A DNA stretch of 62,797 bases from Bacteroidota bacterium (lineage in GTDB: Bacteria > Bacteroidota > Ignavibacteria > UBA10030). The position numbers and the translations under genes were made by a program. Below are positions 30,598 through 40,557 of this stretch, piece after piece. Each line of letters begins with the position of its first letter. Positions within the stretch are counted from its first letter, which is position 1. The stretch is from positions 1 through 62,797 of the forward strand of contig JAFGLB010000013.1 of the NCBI GenBank assembly GCA_016928255.1, written 5' to 3'. The notes under the pieces were generated by a model that was not told the origin of the DNA, did no database searches, and saw only the letters and a program-made list of their open reading frames with translations.

Positions 30598-31173
30598 ATG
30601 TTACTAAAACCATTACGGCCGGCATTGGTGCTTTTGATTATAATGACCATATTAACCGGAATAATATATCCCTTTATCATCACCGGATTAGCACAGCTGT
30701 GCTTTCCTGCAAAAGCAAACGGAAGCTTTATGATTAATAAAGGGAAAGTGATTGGTTCAGAATTGATTGGTCAAAAATTCATCAGCCCGAAATATTTCTG
30801 GACCCGTCTGTCAGCAACAAGTCCGTTACCCTATAATGCCACAGCATCGACGGGATCGAATTATGGACCGCTTAATCCGGCATTGCTAAAAGCAGTGACA
30901 AAAAGAATTGACGATTTAAAGGGTATGGATTCCTTAAACAACAAACCAATCCCTGTTGATCTTGTGACTTCCTCTTCCAGCGGACTCGATCCGCATATAA
31001 GTGTTGCGTCAGCTCAATATCAGGTACCGAGGATTGCTCGCTCACGAGGAATAGGAGAAAAACAAATTCAGTTATTGATAGAAAAATATACTGAAGGGCG
31101 AACCCTAGGAATATTAGGTGAACCACGCGTCAATGTGTTGAAATTAAATTATGCGCTTGATGAATTCAAATAG
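30598..31173 (+). CDS. kdpC: Potassium-transporting ATPase subunit C
   Basis: 191 aa. It is collinear with E. coli KdpC (LRPAL...TGIIYPFIITGLAQLCFPAKANGS...GSELIGQKF...VDLVTSSSSGLDPHIS...PRVNVLKLNYALDE). Confidence 0.9.
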   Translation: MLLKPLRPALVLLIIMTILTGIIYPFIITGLAQLCFPAKANGSFMINKGKVIGSELIGQKFISPKYFWTRLSATSPLPYNATASTGSNYGPLNPALLKAVTKRIDDLKGMDSLNNKPIPVDLVTSSSSGLDPHISVASAQYQVPRIARSRGIGEKQIQLLIEKYTEGRTLGILGEPRVNVLKLNYALDEFK

Positions 31174-31181
31174 AAATCATT

Positions 31182-31292
31182 ATGGATGACTTCATTTATA
31201 TAGGTATCACGATCGTGTTCTTTGCTACCGCCTTTGGATTGGTGAAACTATGCGAAGCTTTAGATAAAAATAAAAAAAGTGGTGCACAATGA
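31182..31292 (+). CDS. Hydrophobic 36-aa micro-ORF inside the kdp operon (unassigned)
   Basis: The product is MDDFIYIGITIVFFATAFGLVKLCEALDKNKKSGAQ, with one predicted TM helix. Its stop overlaps the kdpF start as ATGA. It begins 8 nt after kdpC. Confidence 0.4.
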   Translation: MDDFIYIGITIVFFATAFGLVKLCEALDKNKKSGAQ

Positions 31293-31381
31293 ACTGGCTA
31301 TATATAATAACAGGAATAATTGCCGCTGCTCTTCTTGTCTACCTGTTTGCTGCGTTATTAAAACCGGAGATATTCGAATGA
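31289..31381 (+). CDS. kdpF: Potassium-transporting ATPase subunit F
   Basis: The product is MNWLYIITGIIAAALLVYLFAALLKPEIFE. It has the KdpF-typical ...YL..ALL.PE.F ending. ATGA overlaps occur on both sides. Confidence 0.75.
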   Translation: MNWLYIITGIIAAALLVYLFAALLKPEIFE

Positions 31382-33120
31382 CAGCGAACGGAATTTTTCA
31401 AATTATTCTTTATTTATTCGTGCTGCTCTTGACCGTGAAACCGCTTGGTTTATTTATGGCGAAAGTATTTCAACGAGAGAGGACATTTCTTGATCCTATT
31501 TTTGGGCCGGTTGAACGGTTGATTTATCGAATCGCAGGTATTAATCCGGACGATGAAATGGATTGGAAGCAGAATGCTATTGCTATGCTCATTTTTAATT
31601 TTTTTGGCCTGATTATCGTTTATGCAATACAACGATTACAGCAATTTTTCTTTTTGAATCCACAAGGGATGTCTGCTGTCTCACCCGATTCGTCGTTTAA
31701 TACTGCCGTAAGTTTTACATCCAATACGAACTGGCAAGGCTACAGCGGTGAAATGACAATGAGCTATCTTACTCAAATGCTTGCACTTACTGTTCAGAAT
31801 TTCGTCTCATCTGCGACGGGCATTGCAATCCTTGTCCTCTTCATCCGTGGATTAGCGCGTCATTCGGCAACGACTCTCGGAAATTTTTGGATTGATATGA
31901 CAAGAAGCATTCTCTATATTTTACTTCCACTATCTATAGTTCTTGCACTTCTGCTTATTTCGCAAGGCGTTGTGCAAAATTATTCTCCATCTGTGGAGAT
32001 TCCCCTTCTTGAGCCAACCAGGGACGTTTCCGGTACGACCGTAACCAATCAGGTTATAGTCATGGGACCTGCAGCATCACAGATTGCTATCAAACAACTT
32101 GGAACAAATGGCGGAGGATTTTTTAACGGGAATTCTGCGCATCCTTTTGAAAACCCGACACCGCTTTCAAACTTTTTAGAAATGCTCTCAATTTTGCTTG
32201 TTGCTGCGGCCTTATGTTATACCTACGGAGTGATGGTAAAGGATACCAGACAGGGTTGGGCTATTCTTGCAGCCATGCTGATTATTTTCATTCCGGTTGT
32301 ATTCTGTACCTACAATGCAGAAATATCCGGAAATCCGAAATTGTCTGCCTCTGCGATCGACCAAAAAACATCCGATATAAATCCTGGCGGGAATATGGAA
32401 GGCAAGGAAGTTCGGTTCGGAATAGCTAATTCCGCTTTATGGGCTATTGCAACGACATCAGCATCGAACGGTTCAGTTAATTCAATGCACGATTCGTTTA
32501 CGCCCATAGGAGGATTAGCAGCGCTTGTGATGATGCATCTTGGTGAAGTTGTGTTTGGTGGAGTCGGTTCAGGACTTTATGGAATTGTAATATTTGTTAT
32601 CGTTGCTGTATTTGTTGCTGGATTATTAGTCGGGCGCACACCGGAGTATCTTGGTCATAAGATAGAAACATATGAAATGAAGATGGCGTCGTTGTTAATT
32701 CTTATAATGCCATTGACCGTTTTATTCCTTACAGCTCTTGCTGTTATTACCACGGCGGGAAAGGCGGCTGTGTTCAATACGGGTCCGCATGGATTAAGTG
32801 AGATTCTTTATGCATTTACATCCCAAGGGAATAATAATGGCAGTGCTTTTGCGGGACTCAGTGTCAACAATCCGTTCTATAATGTTACCGGCGGTATTGC
32901 TATGCTGATAGGTCGTTATTGGCTTGCAGTGCCAACGCTAGCTCTTGCTGGTTCGTTGGTAAGAAAGAAATTGGTTCCGCCAAGTGAAGGTACGTTACCA
33001 ATCCATACGCCGTTGTTTATTTTCTGGCTTATTGCAATAATTATAATTGTTGGTGTATTAAATTTTTTACCTGCATTGGCACTCGGGCCTCTTGTTGAAC
33101 ATTTATTAATGGTTCAATGA
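31378..33120 (+). CDS. kdpA: Potassium-transporting ATPase subunit A
   Basis: The longest ORF starts at 31279. The conserved KdpA N-terminus (MTANGIFQIILYLFVLLLTVKPLG) starts at the ATG at 31378, which overlaps the kdpF stop. Confidence 0.9.
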   Translation: MTANGIFQIILYLFVLLLTVKPLGLFMAKVFQRERTFLDPIFGPVERLIYRIAGINPDDEMDWKQNAIAMLIFNFFGLIIVYAIQRLQQFFFLNPQGMSAVSPDSSFNTAVSFTSNTNWQGYSGEMTMSYLTQMLALTVQNFVSSATGIAILVLFIRGLARHSATTLGNFWIDMTRSILYILLPLSIVLALLLISQGVVQNYSPSVEIPLLEPTRDVSGTTVTNQVIVMGPAASQIAIKQLGTNGGGFFNGNSAHPFENPTPLSNFLEMLSILLVAAALCYTYGVMVKDTRQGWAILAAMLIIFIPVVFCTYNAEISGNPKLSASAIDQKTSDINPGGNMEGKEVRFGIANSALWAIATTSASNGSVNSMHDSFTPIGGLAALVMMHLGEVVFGGVGSGLYGIVIFVIVAVFVAGLLVGRTPEYLGHKIETYEMKMASLLILIMPLTVLFLTALAVITTAGKAAVFNTGPHGLSEILYAFTSQGNNNGSAFAGLSVNNPFYNVTGGIAMLIGRYWLAVPTLALAGSLVRKKLVPPSEGTLPIHTPLFIFWLIAIIIIVGVLNFLPALALGPLVEHLLMVQ

Positions 33121-33136
33121 TTAAAGAAGAAATCTC

Positions 33137-35242
33137 ATGACAACTCAATCATTAGATCAATTGAAACGACCCATCGGACTTACCGGGAGTATGTATATGC
33201 ATGCTCTCTTTTATTCCCTGAAAAAATTTAATCCGATTTTGATGGTTCGCAATCCAGTGATGTTTGTTGTAGAAGTTGTGAGTGTTTTATGCACTGTCCT
33301 TTGGATTCAAGCATTAATCGGATACGGGGAAGCACCGGCATGGTTTATCGGCAGCATATCTGCCTGGCTCTGGTTGACAGTATTATTTGCAAATTTCTCC
33401 GAAGCGCTCGCAGAGGGGCGTGGAAAGGCCCAGGCCGATGCTTTGCGTAAATCGAGGCGAGATGCATCTGCGAAACTTTTAAATGAACCGACATATGGTT
33501 CATTATACAAGACTGTCTCTTCTATAGACTTGAAGAAAGGAGATGTATTACTTGTTGAAGCGGGGGAGATTATAGCATCAGATGGTGAAGTGATAGAAGG
33601 TATTGCATCAGTAGATGAAAGTGCTATCACAGGTGAAAGTGCGCCGGTGATTCGCGAATCCGGGGGAGATCGAAGTGCCGTGACAGGTGGAACACGTGTA
33701 CTTTCCGATTGGTTGGTTATTCGTGTAACGGTGGATATGGGAGGTGGATTCCTTGATAGAATGATTCACATGATTGAAGGAGCAAAGCGTCAGAAAACTC
33801 CTAATGAAATCGCTTTAAATATTCTTCTTGCAGCGTTTACTATAATATTCCTCGGTGTGTGCGTATCTCTTTTACCGTTTTCGCTATATAGTATAGAAGC
33901 AGCGGGACAAGGCAATCCTATAACCGTCACCGTTTTGATTGCATTGCTTGTATGTCTTATTCCTACTACGATTGGTGGATTACTTTCTGCGATCGGTATT
34001 GCAGGTATGGATCGGATGATACGGCACAACGTCATTGCTACATCCGGGCGAGCAATTGAAGCTGCTGGCGACGTCGATGTCTTGCTTCTCGATAAAACAG
34101 GAACAATCACGATGGGGAATCGCATGGCCACTGAATTTACTTCTGCTCCGGGTATTTTAAAAGAACGACTTGCTGATGTAGCACAACTTGCTTCTCTTGC
34201 AGACGAAACACCGGAAGGTAGATCAATTGTTATTCTGGCAAAGGAAAAATATGGTCTGCGCGGACGTGACGTGCATGATATACATGCTCATTTTATTCCT
34301 TTCAGTGCACAGACCCGGATGAGCGGAATTAATATTCAGCCTGAGGGAAAAAATGGCAAACGGATTATCCGTAAAGGTGCTGCTGATGCAATACGGATGT
34401 ATGTCGTGGAAATTGGCGGTTCGTTTCCATCAACTGTGAATCTGATGGTTCAGGAAATAAGCCGTTTGGGTGCGACACCTCTTGTCGTTGTCGAAAACAA
34501 GGAGGTGCTCGGAGTAGTTCATTTAAAAGATATAGTAAAAGGTGGTATTAAAGAACGATTTTCTCGTCTGCGTAAAATGGGTATTAAAACAGTGATGATC
34601 ACCGGCGATAACAGACTTACTGCAACCGCTATTGCGGCTGAGGCTGGTGTTGATGATTTCCTCTCAGAGGCAAAACCAGAAGATAAATTAAAGCTCATAC
34701 GAGAGTACCAAAAAGGCGGCCGCCTTGTCGCAATGACCGGCGATGGAACGAATGATGCACCGGCACTCGCACAAGCCGATGTTGCCGTTGCTATGAATAC
34801 CGGTACTCAGTCAGCACGAGAAGCTGCAAATATGGTCGACCTTGACAGCAATCCTACCAAGCTGTTAGAAATTGTTGAGATCGGCAAACAGCTTCTTATG
34901 ACACGCGGTACGCTGACAACCTTCAGCATAGCCAATGATGTAGCAAAGTACTTTGCAATTATCCCCGCAGCATTTGCGACAACGTATCCTGCACTCGATA
35001 TATTAAATATCATGAAATTGACAACACCGGAAAGTGCAATCCTTTCAGCTGTTATCTTTAACGCATTAATTATAACAGCCCTTATACCGCTTGCTTTAAA
35101 AGGTGTCGGATATCGAGCAATGAGCGCTGCCCAACTTTTAAGGAGGCATTTACTTATTTACGGGATTGGCGGAGTAATAACACCTTTTATAGGAATTAAA
35201 TTGATCGATATGCTGCTTATATTCATGGGAGTTTGCCAATAA
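33137..35242 (+). CDS. kdpB: Potassium-transporting P-type ATPase subunit B
   Basis: P-type ATPase motifs are present: DKTGTIT, TGDN and [15 protein letters not shown]. The N-terminus is KdpB-specific. Confidence 0.95.
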   Translation: MTTQSLDQLKRPIGLTGSMYMHALFYSLKKFNPILMVRNPVMFVVEVVSVLCTVLWIQALIGYGEAPAWFIGSISAWLWLTVLFANFSEALAEGRGKAQADALRKSRRDASAKLLNEPTYGSLYKTVSSIDLKKGDVLLVEAGEIIASDGEVIEGIASVDESAITGESAPVIRESGGDRSAVTGGTRVLSDWLVIRVTVDMGGGFLDRMIHMIEGAKRQKTPNEIALNILLAAFTIIFLGVCVSLLPFSLYSIEAAGQGNPITVTVLIALLVCLIPTTIGGLLSAIGIAGMDRMIRHNVIATSGRAIEAAGDVDVLLLDKTGTITMGNRMATEFTSAPGILKERLADVAQLASLADETPEGRSIVILAKEKYGLRGRDVHDIHAHFIPFSAQTRMSGINIQPEGKNGKRIIRKGAADAIRMYVVEIGGSFPSTVNLMVQEISRLGATPLVVVENKEVLGVVHLKDIVKGGIKERFSRLRKMGIKTVMITGDNRLTATAIAAEAGVDDFLSEAKPEDKLKLIREYQKGGRLVAMTGDGTNDAPALAQADVAVAMNTGTQSAREAANMVDLDSNPTKLLEIVEIGKQLLMTRGTLTTFSIANDVAKYFAIIPAAFATTYPALDILNIMKLTTPESAILSAVIFNALIITALIPLALKGVGYRAMSAAQLLRRHLLIYGIGGVITPFIGIKLIDMLLIFMGVCQ

Positions 35243-35268
35243 TGTTTTAATTATTATAAGGAACGAGT

Positions 35269-35547
35269 ATGAATAGAAAAATGCAGGATTCATTTGATGA
35301 AACGGTAAATGGAAAATATGTAATTATTAAAATTCCGCGTGAATCAATTAAAAAAAATATTTTTTCATATTTTTTTGTAGATACTTCTTTAGCAGGTTTT
35401 CGTAGAGCTGTATGGATTTTTTTATGTCTTCTTTTTTTACTCGTTGGAATGGTTTTAGGGGCTTTTTTACACAATTATTTACTTCATGAATCCACGGATA
35501 AACCGGTTTGGAAAAGTTCATCATTGACAATACCTAGCAATCATTAA
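35269..35547 (+). CDS. Hypothetical single-pass membrane protein between kdpB and kdpD
   Basis: 92 aa with one TM segment (VWIFLCLLFLLVGMVLGAFL). An SD-like aaggaacgagt precedes the ATG. No family was recognised. Confidence 0.35.
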   Translation: MNRKMQDSFDETVNGKYVIIKIPRESIKKNIFSYFFVDTSLAGFRRAVWIFLCLLFLLVGMVLGAFLHNYLLHESTDKPVWKSSSLTIPSNH

Positions 35548-35591
35548 CTCGTTTTCTGAAATTCGAATAAGGAATTTGTATATTACAGGAG

Positions 35592-38258
35592 ATGAAAAAC
35601 AACGCTGAACATAGGCCGGATCCCGAGACGCTTATCCGGCTTCTTAAAAAAGAAGAAGAGAAGGAAAAGAGGGGAAAACTAAAAATATTTTTCGGTATGT
35701 GTGCAGGTGTGGGAAAGACATATGATATGCTGAAGGACGCTCAGGTTGCACTTTCAAAAGGTATCGATGTTGTTATAGGATATATTGAAACACATAAACG
35801 AGTTGAAACTGAAGCTCTCCTCATCGGATTGCCGACTATACCGCGTAAAAATATCGATTATCGTGGAACAAATCTTGAAGAAATGGATTTAGATGCAGTT
35901 ATCTCACGAAAACCGCAACTTGTTTTAGTTGACGAGCTTGCCCACACGAATGCTCCAACCAGCCGACATACAAAGCGATATCAAGATGTTCAAGAATTGC
36001 TGAACAATGGAATTGATGTATTTACTACGCTGAATGTTCAACATCTCGAGAGCCGTGCTGAAACTGTTGCTCAGATTACCGGCAGCATTGTTCGGGAAAC
36101 CGTGCCAGATTCTATCTTTGAAACCGCAGACGAGGTAGAAGTGATAGACATTGCCCCGGACGAACTACTTAAACGTCTGGCAGAAGGAAAGGTGTATACG
36201 CCTGAACGGTCGAAACGCGCCATAGAGAATTTTTTCCGACTGGGGAATTTAACCGCGTTGCGGGAGATGTCTCTTCGAATTACAGCAGAACGTGTTGATC
36301 GCCAACTACGCGAGTATAAACATTCAAAGCAAATTTCCGAAACGTGGAAATCCGGCACTCATTTCATAGTTGGTATCAATCAAAATCCGCATTCTATTTC
36401 GCTTATTCGCTGGGCTCGGAGGACATCTTATGCGATGGATACATCATGGGCGGCGGTGTTTGTAGAAACATCTCAAAAACTTACAGCGAAGGAAACTGAA
36501 CAACTTGCCAAAAATATAAAACTTGCAGGTGAGCTTGGTGCAGAAGTTATTACGACCTCGGACGAAGATATTGCAGGAGCGTTACTTCGTACTGCCCAAT
36601 CCCAGAATGCAACACAGATTTTTATCGGTAGACCTGCAAAAAGAAAATTCTTCCGATCGACAGATATTGTCGATTCACTTCTCCAACGTGCTTATAATAT
36701 TGACATTTATATAGTCGGGCGAAAAGATGAACAAGCAAATGCGCCTTCTCGAGAGTGGTTGCCCGTTATTCAATCTGGTTTACCGCAATATATGGTTTCA
36801 TCTATTCTTATTATCGCTGTTGCGTTCATTTGTTTTCCATTCACCGAAATCATAGGATACCGTACGGTATCTATGATTCTGCTATTTGCCGTTTCATTGC
36901 TGCCGCTGCGTCTCGGCCGCGGACCTGTGTTATTAAGTGCGGCGCTTGCCGCATTGGTATGGAACTATTTCTTTATTCCACCCCTTTTTACCCTCTATAT
37001 CAAACACCCGGAAGATATTTTAATGCTTGGTGTATTTTTCATTGTCGCAGCGGTTTCCGGAACGCTCTCTGCACGTGTTCGTGCACGTGAATTAGCTGTG
37101 CGCCAACGTGAAATGCGTGCATCGGCGCTTTATGCTTTAACAAAAGATCTCTCTTCGGCTCATTCACAGGAAGAAGTTGTAAAAGCCGCCGTATCGAATA
37201 TAAAAAAATATTTTAATTCAGAGGTAGCGATATATCTTGGTGATGCAGATGGAGATATGAGTCCTTTACTGCATCCTGCCAGTTCCTGGCAATCTGATGA
37301 AAAAGAACACAGCGTTGCAGCATGGACGTATTGGAATGAAAAAAAAGCAGGCAGAAATACTGATACTCTGCCATTTGCACAGGCAACTTATATTTCTATG
37401 TCGGGACCTCGTTATCCCCTTGGAGTTATTGGAATAAAACTTCCGCCGTATCAAAAACTTACACTTGATCAGGAATCACTGCTGGATAATTTTATTGCTC
37501 AGATTGCATCGGCAATTGAACGTGAGCTGTTAAATGATGTGGCAAAAAAGTCTATTATTGTTTCGGAATCTGAGCGATTATACAAAACATTGTTCAACTC
37601 CATTTCTCATGAATTGCGAACTCCTATTTCTGCTATCATGGGCGCCTCAGAAAATCTCTTAATGATGGCGCAGGATAGGGCTATTTCAATCAGGGAACTA
37701 TACTCAGAAATTCACATTGCGGCTGAAAGGCTGAATCGCTTGGTTGCTAATCTTTTGGATATGTCCCGCCTTGAATCCGGAATGATTAAGCCTAAGCTTG
37801 ATTGGTGTGATGTTCAGGACATTTTCAATCAAAGCATTCAGGGATTAGAACAAGAAAATGAGGACCATTTTATTAAAACAGATGTACCGGAAGAGTTTCC
37901 GTTGGTGAAATTGGATTTTGGATTAATCGAACAGGCAATTACTAATCTTATTTATAATGCTATTATCCATACTCCGGCCGGAACTTCCATTACGGTTAAG
38001 GCAAAAATTGAAAACACTCATACTATTATTACCGTCGCTGACGACGGTCCGGGGATTCCAAAGGATGAAATAAAAAAAATATTTGAAAAATTTTATCGTA
38101 TAGAAGGATCGGTAACCGGGGGCACTGGACTCGGATTGCCCATCGCAAAAGGATTTATAGAGGCCCACCATGGAATCCTTTCTGTCAAAAAACTTATTCC
38201 ACACGGAACGGAATTTATTCTTGAAATTCCGCTCGATCTCGAACCAAAATCCTTATGA
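35592..38258 (+). CDS. kdpD: Sensor histidine kinase KdpD
   Basis: The N-terminal KdpD domain has a Walker-like motif (GMCAGVGKTYDML). It is followed by a Usp-like region, 4 TM segments, the H-box (SHELRTPISAIMG) and the HATPase G-boxes. Confidence 0.9.
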   Translation: MKNNAEHRPDPETLIRLLKKEEEKEKRGKLKIFFGMCAGVGKTYDMLKDAQVALSKGIDVVIGYIETHKRVETEALLIGLPTIPRKNIDYRGTNLEEMDLDAVISRKPQLVLVDELAHTNAPTSRHTKRYQDVQELLNNGIDVFTTLNVQHLESRAETVAQITGSIVRETVPDSIFETADEVEVIDIAPDELLKRLAEGKVYTPERSKRAIENFFRLGNLTALREMSLRITAERVDRQLREYKHSKQISETWKSGTHFIVGINQNPHSISLIRWARRTSYAMDTSWAAVFVETSQKLTAKETEQLAKNIKLAGELGAEVITTSDEDIAGALLRTAQSQNATQIFIGRPAKRKFFRSTDIVDSLLQRAYNIDIYIVGRKDEQANAPSREWLPVIQSGLPQYMVSSILIIAVAFICFPFTEIIGYRTVSMILLFAVSLLPLRLGRGPVLLSAALAALVWNYFFIPPLFTLYIKHPEDILMLGVFFIVAAVSGTLSARVRARELAVRQREMRASALYALTKDLSSAHSQEEVVKAAVSNIKKYFNSEVAIYLGDADGDMSPLLHPASSWQSDEKEHSVAAWTYWNEKKAGRNTDTLPFAQATYISMSGPRYPLGVIGIKLPPYQKLTLDQESLLDNFIAQIASAIERELLNDVAKKSIIVSESERLYKTLFNSISHELRTPISAIMGASENLLMMAQDRAISIRELYSEIHIAAERLNRLVANLLDMSRLESGMIKPKLDWCDVQDIFNQSIQGLEQENEDHFIKTDVPEEFPLVKLDFGLIEQAITNLIYNAIIHTPAGTSITVKAKIENTHTIITVADDGPGIPKDEIKKIFEKFYRIEGSVTGGTGLGLPIAKGFIEAHHGILSVKKLIPHGTEFILEIPLDLEPKSL

Positions 38259-38947
38259 CGAAATCTCCGACCATACTTATTATCGATGATGAGGCTCAAA
38301 TTCGACGTTTGTTGCAATTGACACTTGAACCGGCTGGATATTCAATGAAGTTTGCTGCGAATGGCAATGATGGAATTATCATGGCCGGCAATGAGCGGCC
38401 TGAATTGATTATCCTGGATCTCGGGCTGCCTGATATGGAAGGCGTTGAAGTGCTCAAAAGAATACGGGAATGGGCAACTGTCCCGACAATTATACTATCA
38501 GTTCGCAGTTCAGAAGGAGATATTATTTCCTGCCTGGATGCAGGTGCCGATGATTACTTGATTAAACCGTTTCGTACCGGAGAATTATTAGCACGCGTCC
38601 GCACCGCTTTACGCCATCGGCCAAAGATTCATGAGAAGGAAATATTTACAACGAATAATCTTACAGTTGATTTGAATTTACGAATAGTAAAAAAGGGAAA
38701 AGATGTACTCAAACTCACTTCTATCGAATATTCATTGCTGACTTTATTTGTCAGGAATGCAGGGCGGGTGCTGACGCATAAATATATTCTTGAACAGGTG
38801 TGGGGCCCGACTTTTGCAGAGGAGGCTCAGTATACACGTGTTTATGTCGGACAATTGCGGAAAAAAATCGAAGATGATCCTGCTAAGCCCAAAATTCTTA
38901 TTACCGAATCAGGTATAGGGTATAGATTGAATTTGGAAGAGAATTGA
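38255..38947 (+). CDS. kdpE: OmpR-family response regulator KdpE
   Basis: The receiver motifs are ILIIDDE and IILDLGLPDMEG. A winged-helix output domain follows (ESGIGYRL). There is a 4-nt overlap with kdpD. Confidence 0.9.
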   Translation: MTKSPTILIIDDEAQIRRLLQLTLEPAGYSMKFAANGNDGIIMAGNERPELIILDLGLPDMEGVEVLKRIREWATVPTIILSVRSSEGDIISCLDAGADDYLIKPFRTGELLARVRTALRHRPKIHEKEIFTTNNLTVDLNLRIVKKGKDVLKLTSIEYSLLTLFVRNAGRVLTHKYILEQVWGPTFAEEAQYTRVYVGQLRKKIEDDPAKPKILITESGIGYRLNLEEN

Positions 38948-38950
38948 ATC

Positions 38951-40102
38951 CTACATTGCCTGCTGGAGTATCTGAGTCAGTTTCTCTTCAGTTAACTCCA
39001 TCGGATTTCCTTTTGTACTGCTTGAATTTTTTGCCTGCCTAACTATTTCAGGTATGTGACTTTCCTTCAGGCCGATGTCTTTCAATGCCGGGATTTTCAT
39101 TTCAAGGCATATTTTCGTAATCCAATTAACGGCATCTATTGCTTTTGCCTTAATATTATCCGTAAGAATTTGTGCTGCGGTTTCGAAACGGTTTAATGAA
39201 TCGGAGGGACGGCCGTTTTCTAATAATGAGTTAACGTTGGCTTCAATCACAAACGGCAGGAGTCTTGCGCATATCAAGCCATGCGGCGCGGAGAGCAGGC
39301 CTCCCAGAGGCGCGGCTAGTCCATGTACCGCTCCCAGTTTTGCGTTCGCTAATGCCAGGCCGCTGAATAAACTGGCAACGCACATATCTTCTCTGGCAGA
39401 TTTTTCGCCGGATTTATATGCAAGAGAAAGCGAACGGCCTGCCCTTTTCAATCCCTCAATGCAAATGCCGTCCGTCAACGGATTGGCTTTGTTTGAAACA
39501 TAAGCTTCTATTAACTGCGTAAGTGCATCAAGTCCGGTGCTTACGGTTATTTCCGGAGGCATCGAATATGTCAGCTCGGGATCGACTATAGCAATTCGCG
39601 GGTACATGAAAGGACTTCGCATGCTGACTTTTACTTTGTGTTCAGGCGATGCGATTACCGCATTGCGTGTTACTTCAGCGCCTGTTCCGGCAGTGGTCGG
39701 TATCGCTATGTACGGAGCCGGCGTCTTGGTAATATTTTTTCCCTCTCCAATCACTTCAAGGTATTCTGATAATTCACCATGATTGGTAATCATTGCAGAA
39801 ATAACTTTGCCGGCATCTATTACACTGCCGCCGCCGATACCGATAACTAAATCGCAAGCCTTTGAGCGGGCTTCATGAATCCCCTGCATTACTAAAGGAA
39901 TAGTTGGTTCGTTAGGCACATTGAATATCGATGTTTTTACGCCGGAGCTATTTAAAATATCTACGATAGAATCACTTCGATCGTTTTTTTTGCCGCAGAC
40001 TAGCAATGCATTTCTGCCTAACGGTTTTACACAGCCCGGCAGCTGCTTGATCGAGCCGTTTCCGAAAATTATGCGTCCTGTTGTTGAAAATTCAAAATTC
40101 AT
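38951..40102 (-). CDS. Iron-containing (group III) alcohol dehydrogenase
   Basis: 383 aa. Fe-ADH motifs are GIGGGSVIDAGK, PTTAGTGAE and the conserved His cluster (GAVHGLAAPLG...PHG). Confidence 0.8.
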   Translation of the reverse strand: MNFEFSTTGRIIFGNGSIKQLPGCVKPLGRNALLVCGKKNDRSDSIVDILNSSGVKTSIFNVPNEPTIPLVMQGIHEARSKACDLVIGIGGGSVIDAGKVISAMITNHGELSEYLEVIGEGKNITKTPAPYIAIPTTAGTGAEVTRNAVIASPEHKVKVSMRSPFMYPRIAIVDPELTYSMPPEITVSTGLDALTQLIEAYVSNKANPLTDGICIEGLKRAGRSLSLAYKSGEKSAREDMCVASLFSGLALANAKLGAVHGLAAPLGGLLSAPHGLICARLLPFVIEANVNSLLENGRPSDSLNRFETAAQILTDNIKAKAIDAVNWITKICLEMKIPALKDIGLKESHIPEIVRQAKNSSSTKGNPMELTEEKLTQILQQAM

Positions 40103-40149
40103 AAATTAACCTGTCCATTTTTTATGAAGGAATATTTCTCCCCGGCTTA

Positions 40150-40455
40150 TTACCATCCATTTTCGCCAGGGAAAACATTATTGTATTTGAAGCTGGATCT
40201 CGGTTCTGCCATCATAGGAGCCGCTATATCCCTCCATTTCTGATAATGCGCAGTCTCCTTGTGTCGTGCAGGATCTTCGGCAGTACGATATACTTCAATA
40301 AGAACAAACTTTGTAGTGTCATCCTGACTTTGCATAACATCGAAACGGGCGATGCCCGGCTCTTTAATACTGTTTTGCGCATTTTCGGCCGATGCTTTCT
40401 TAAAAGCCTCAACCTGGTCCGGTTTTACATGAGCATGGACAAGAACGATATACAT
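40150..40455 (-). CDS. Antibiotic-biosynthesis-monooxygenase (ABM) domain protein
   Basis: 101 aa. The ferredoxin-like ABM pattern is [19 protein letters not shown]...[10 protein letters not shown]...D...F.L.EVY...A...H..T.H. Confidence 0.7.
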   Translation of the reverse strand: MYIVLVHAHVKPDQVEAFKKASAENAQNSIKEPGIARFDVMQSQDDTTKFVLIEVYRTAEDPARHKETAHYQKWRDIAAPMMAEPRSSFKYNNVFPGENGW

Positions 40456-40557
40456 TAGCGTATCTCCTCATAATGAATTTTGGACATCTTTCAAGTGTCG
40501 AATATTTTAATATAATTACTTTTTTATTTTTTTTTGTTATATACACAACAATAACAT

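Noticed and set aside
31279-31377. Longest-ORF N-terminal extension of kdpA (MVHNELAIYNNRNNCRCSS...)
   Set aside because: It is out-of-frame read-through of the micro-ORF and kdpF region. The conserved KdpA N-terminus begins at 31378, with an ATGA overlap.
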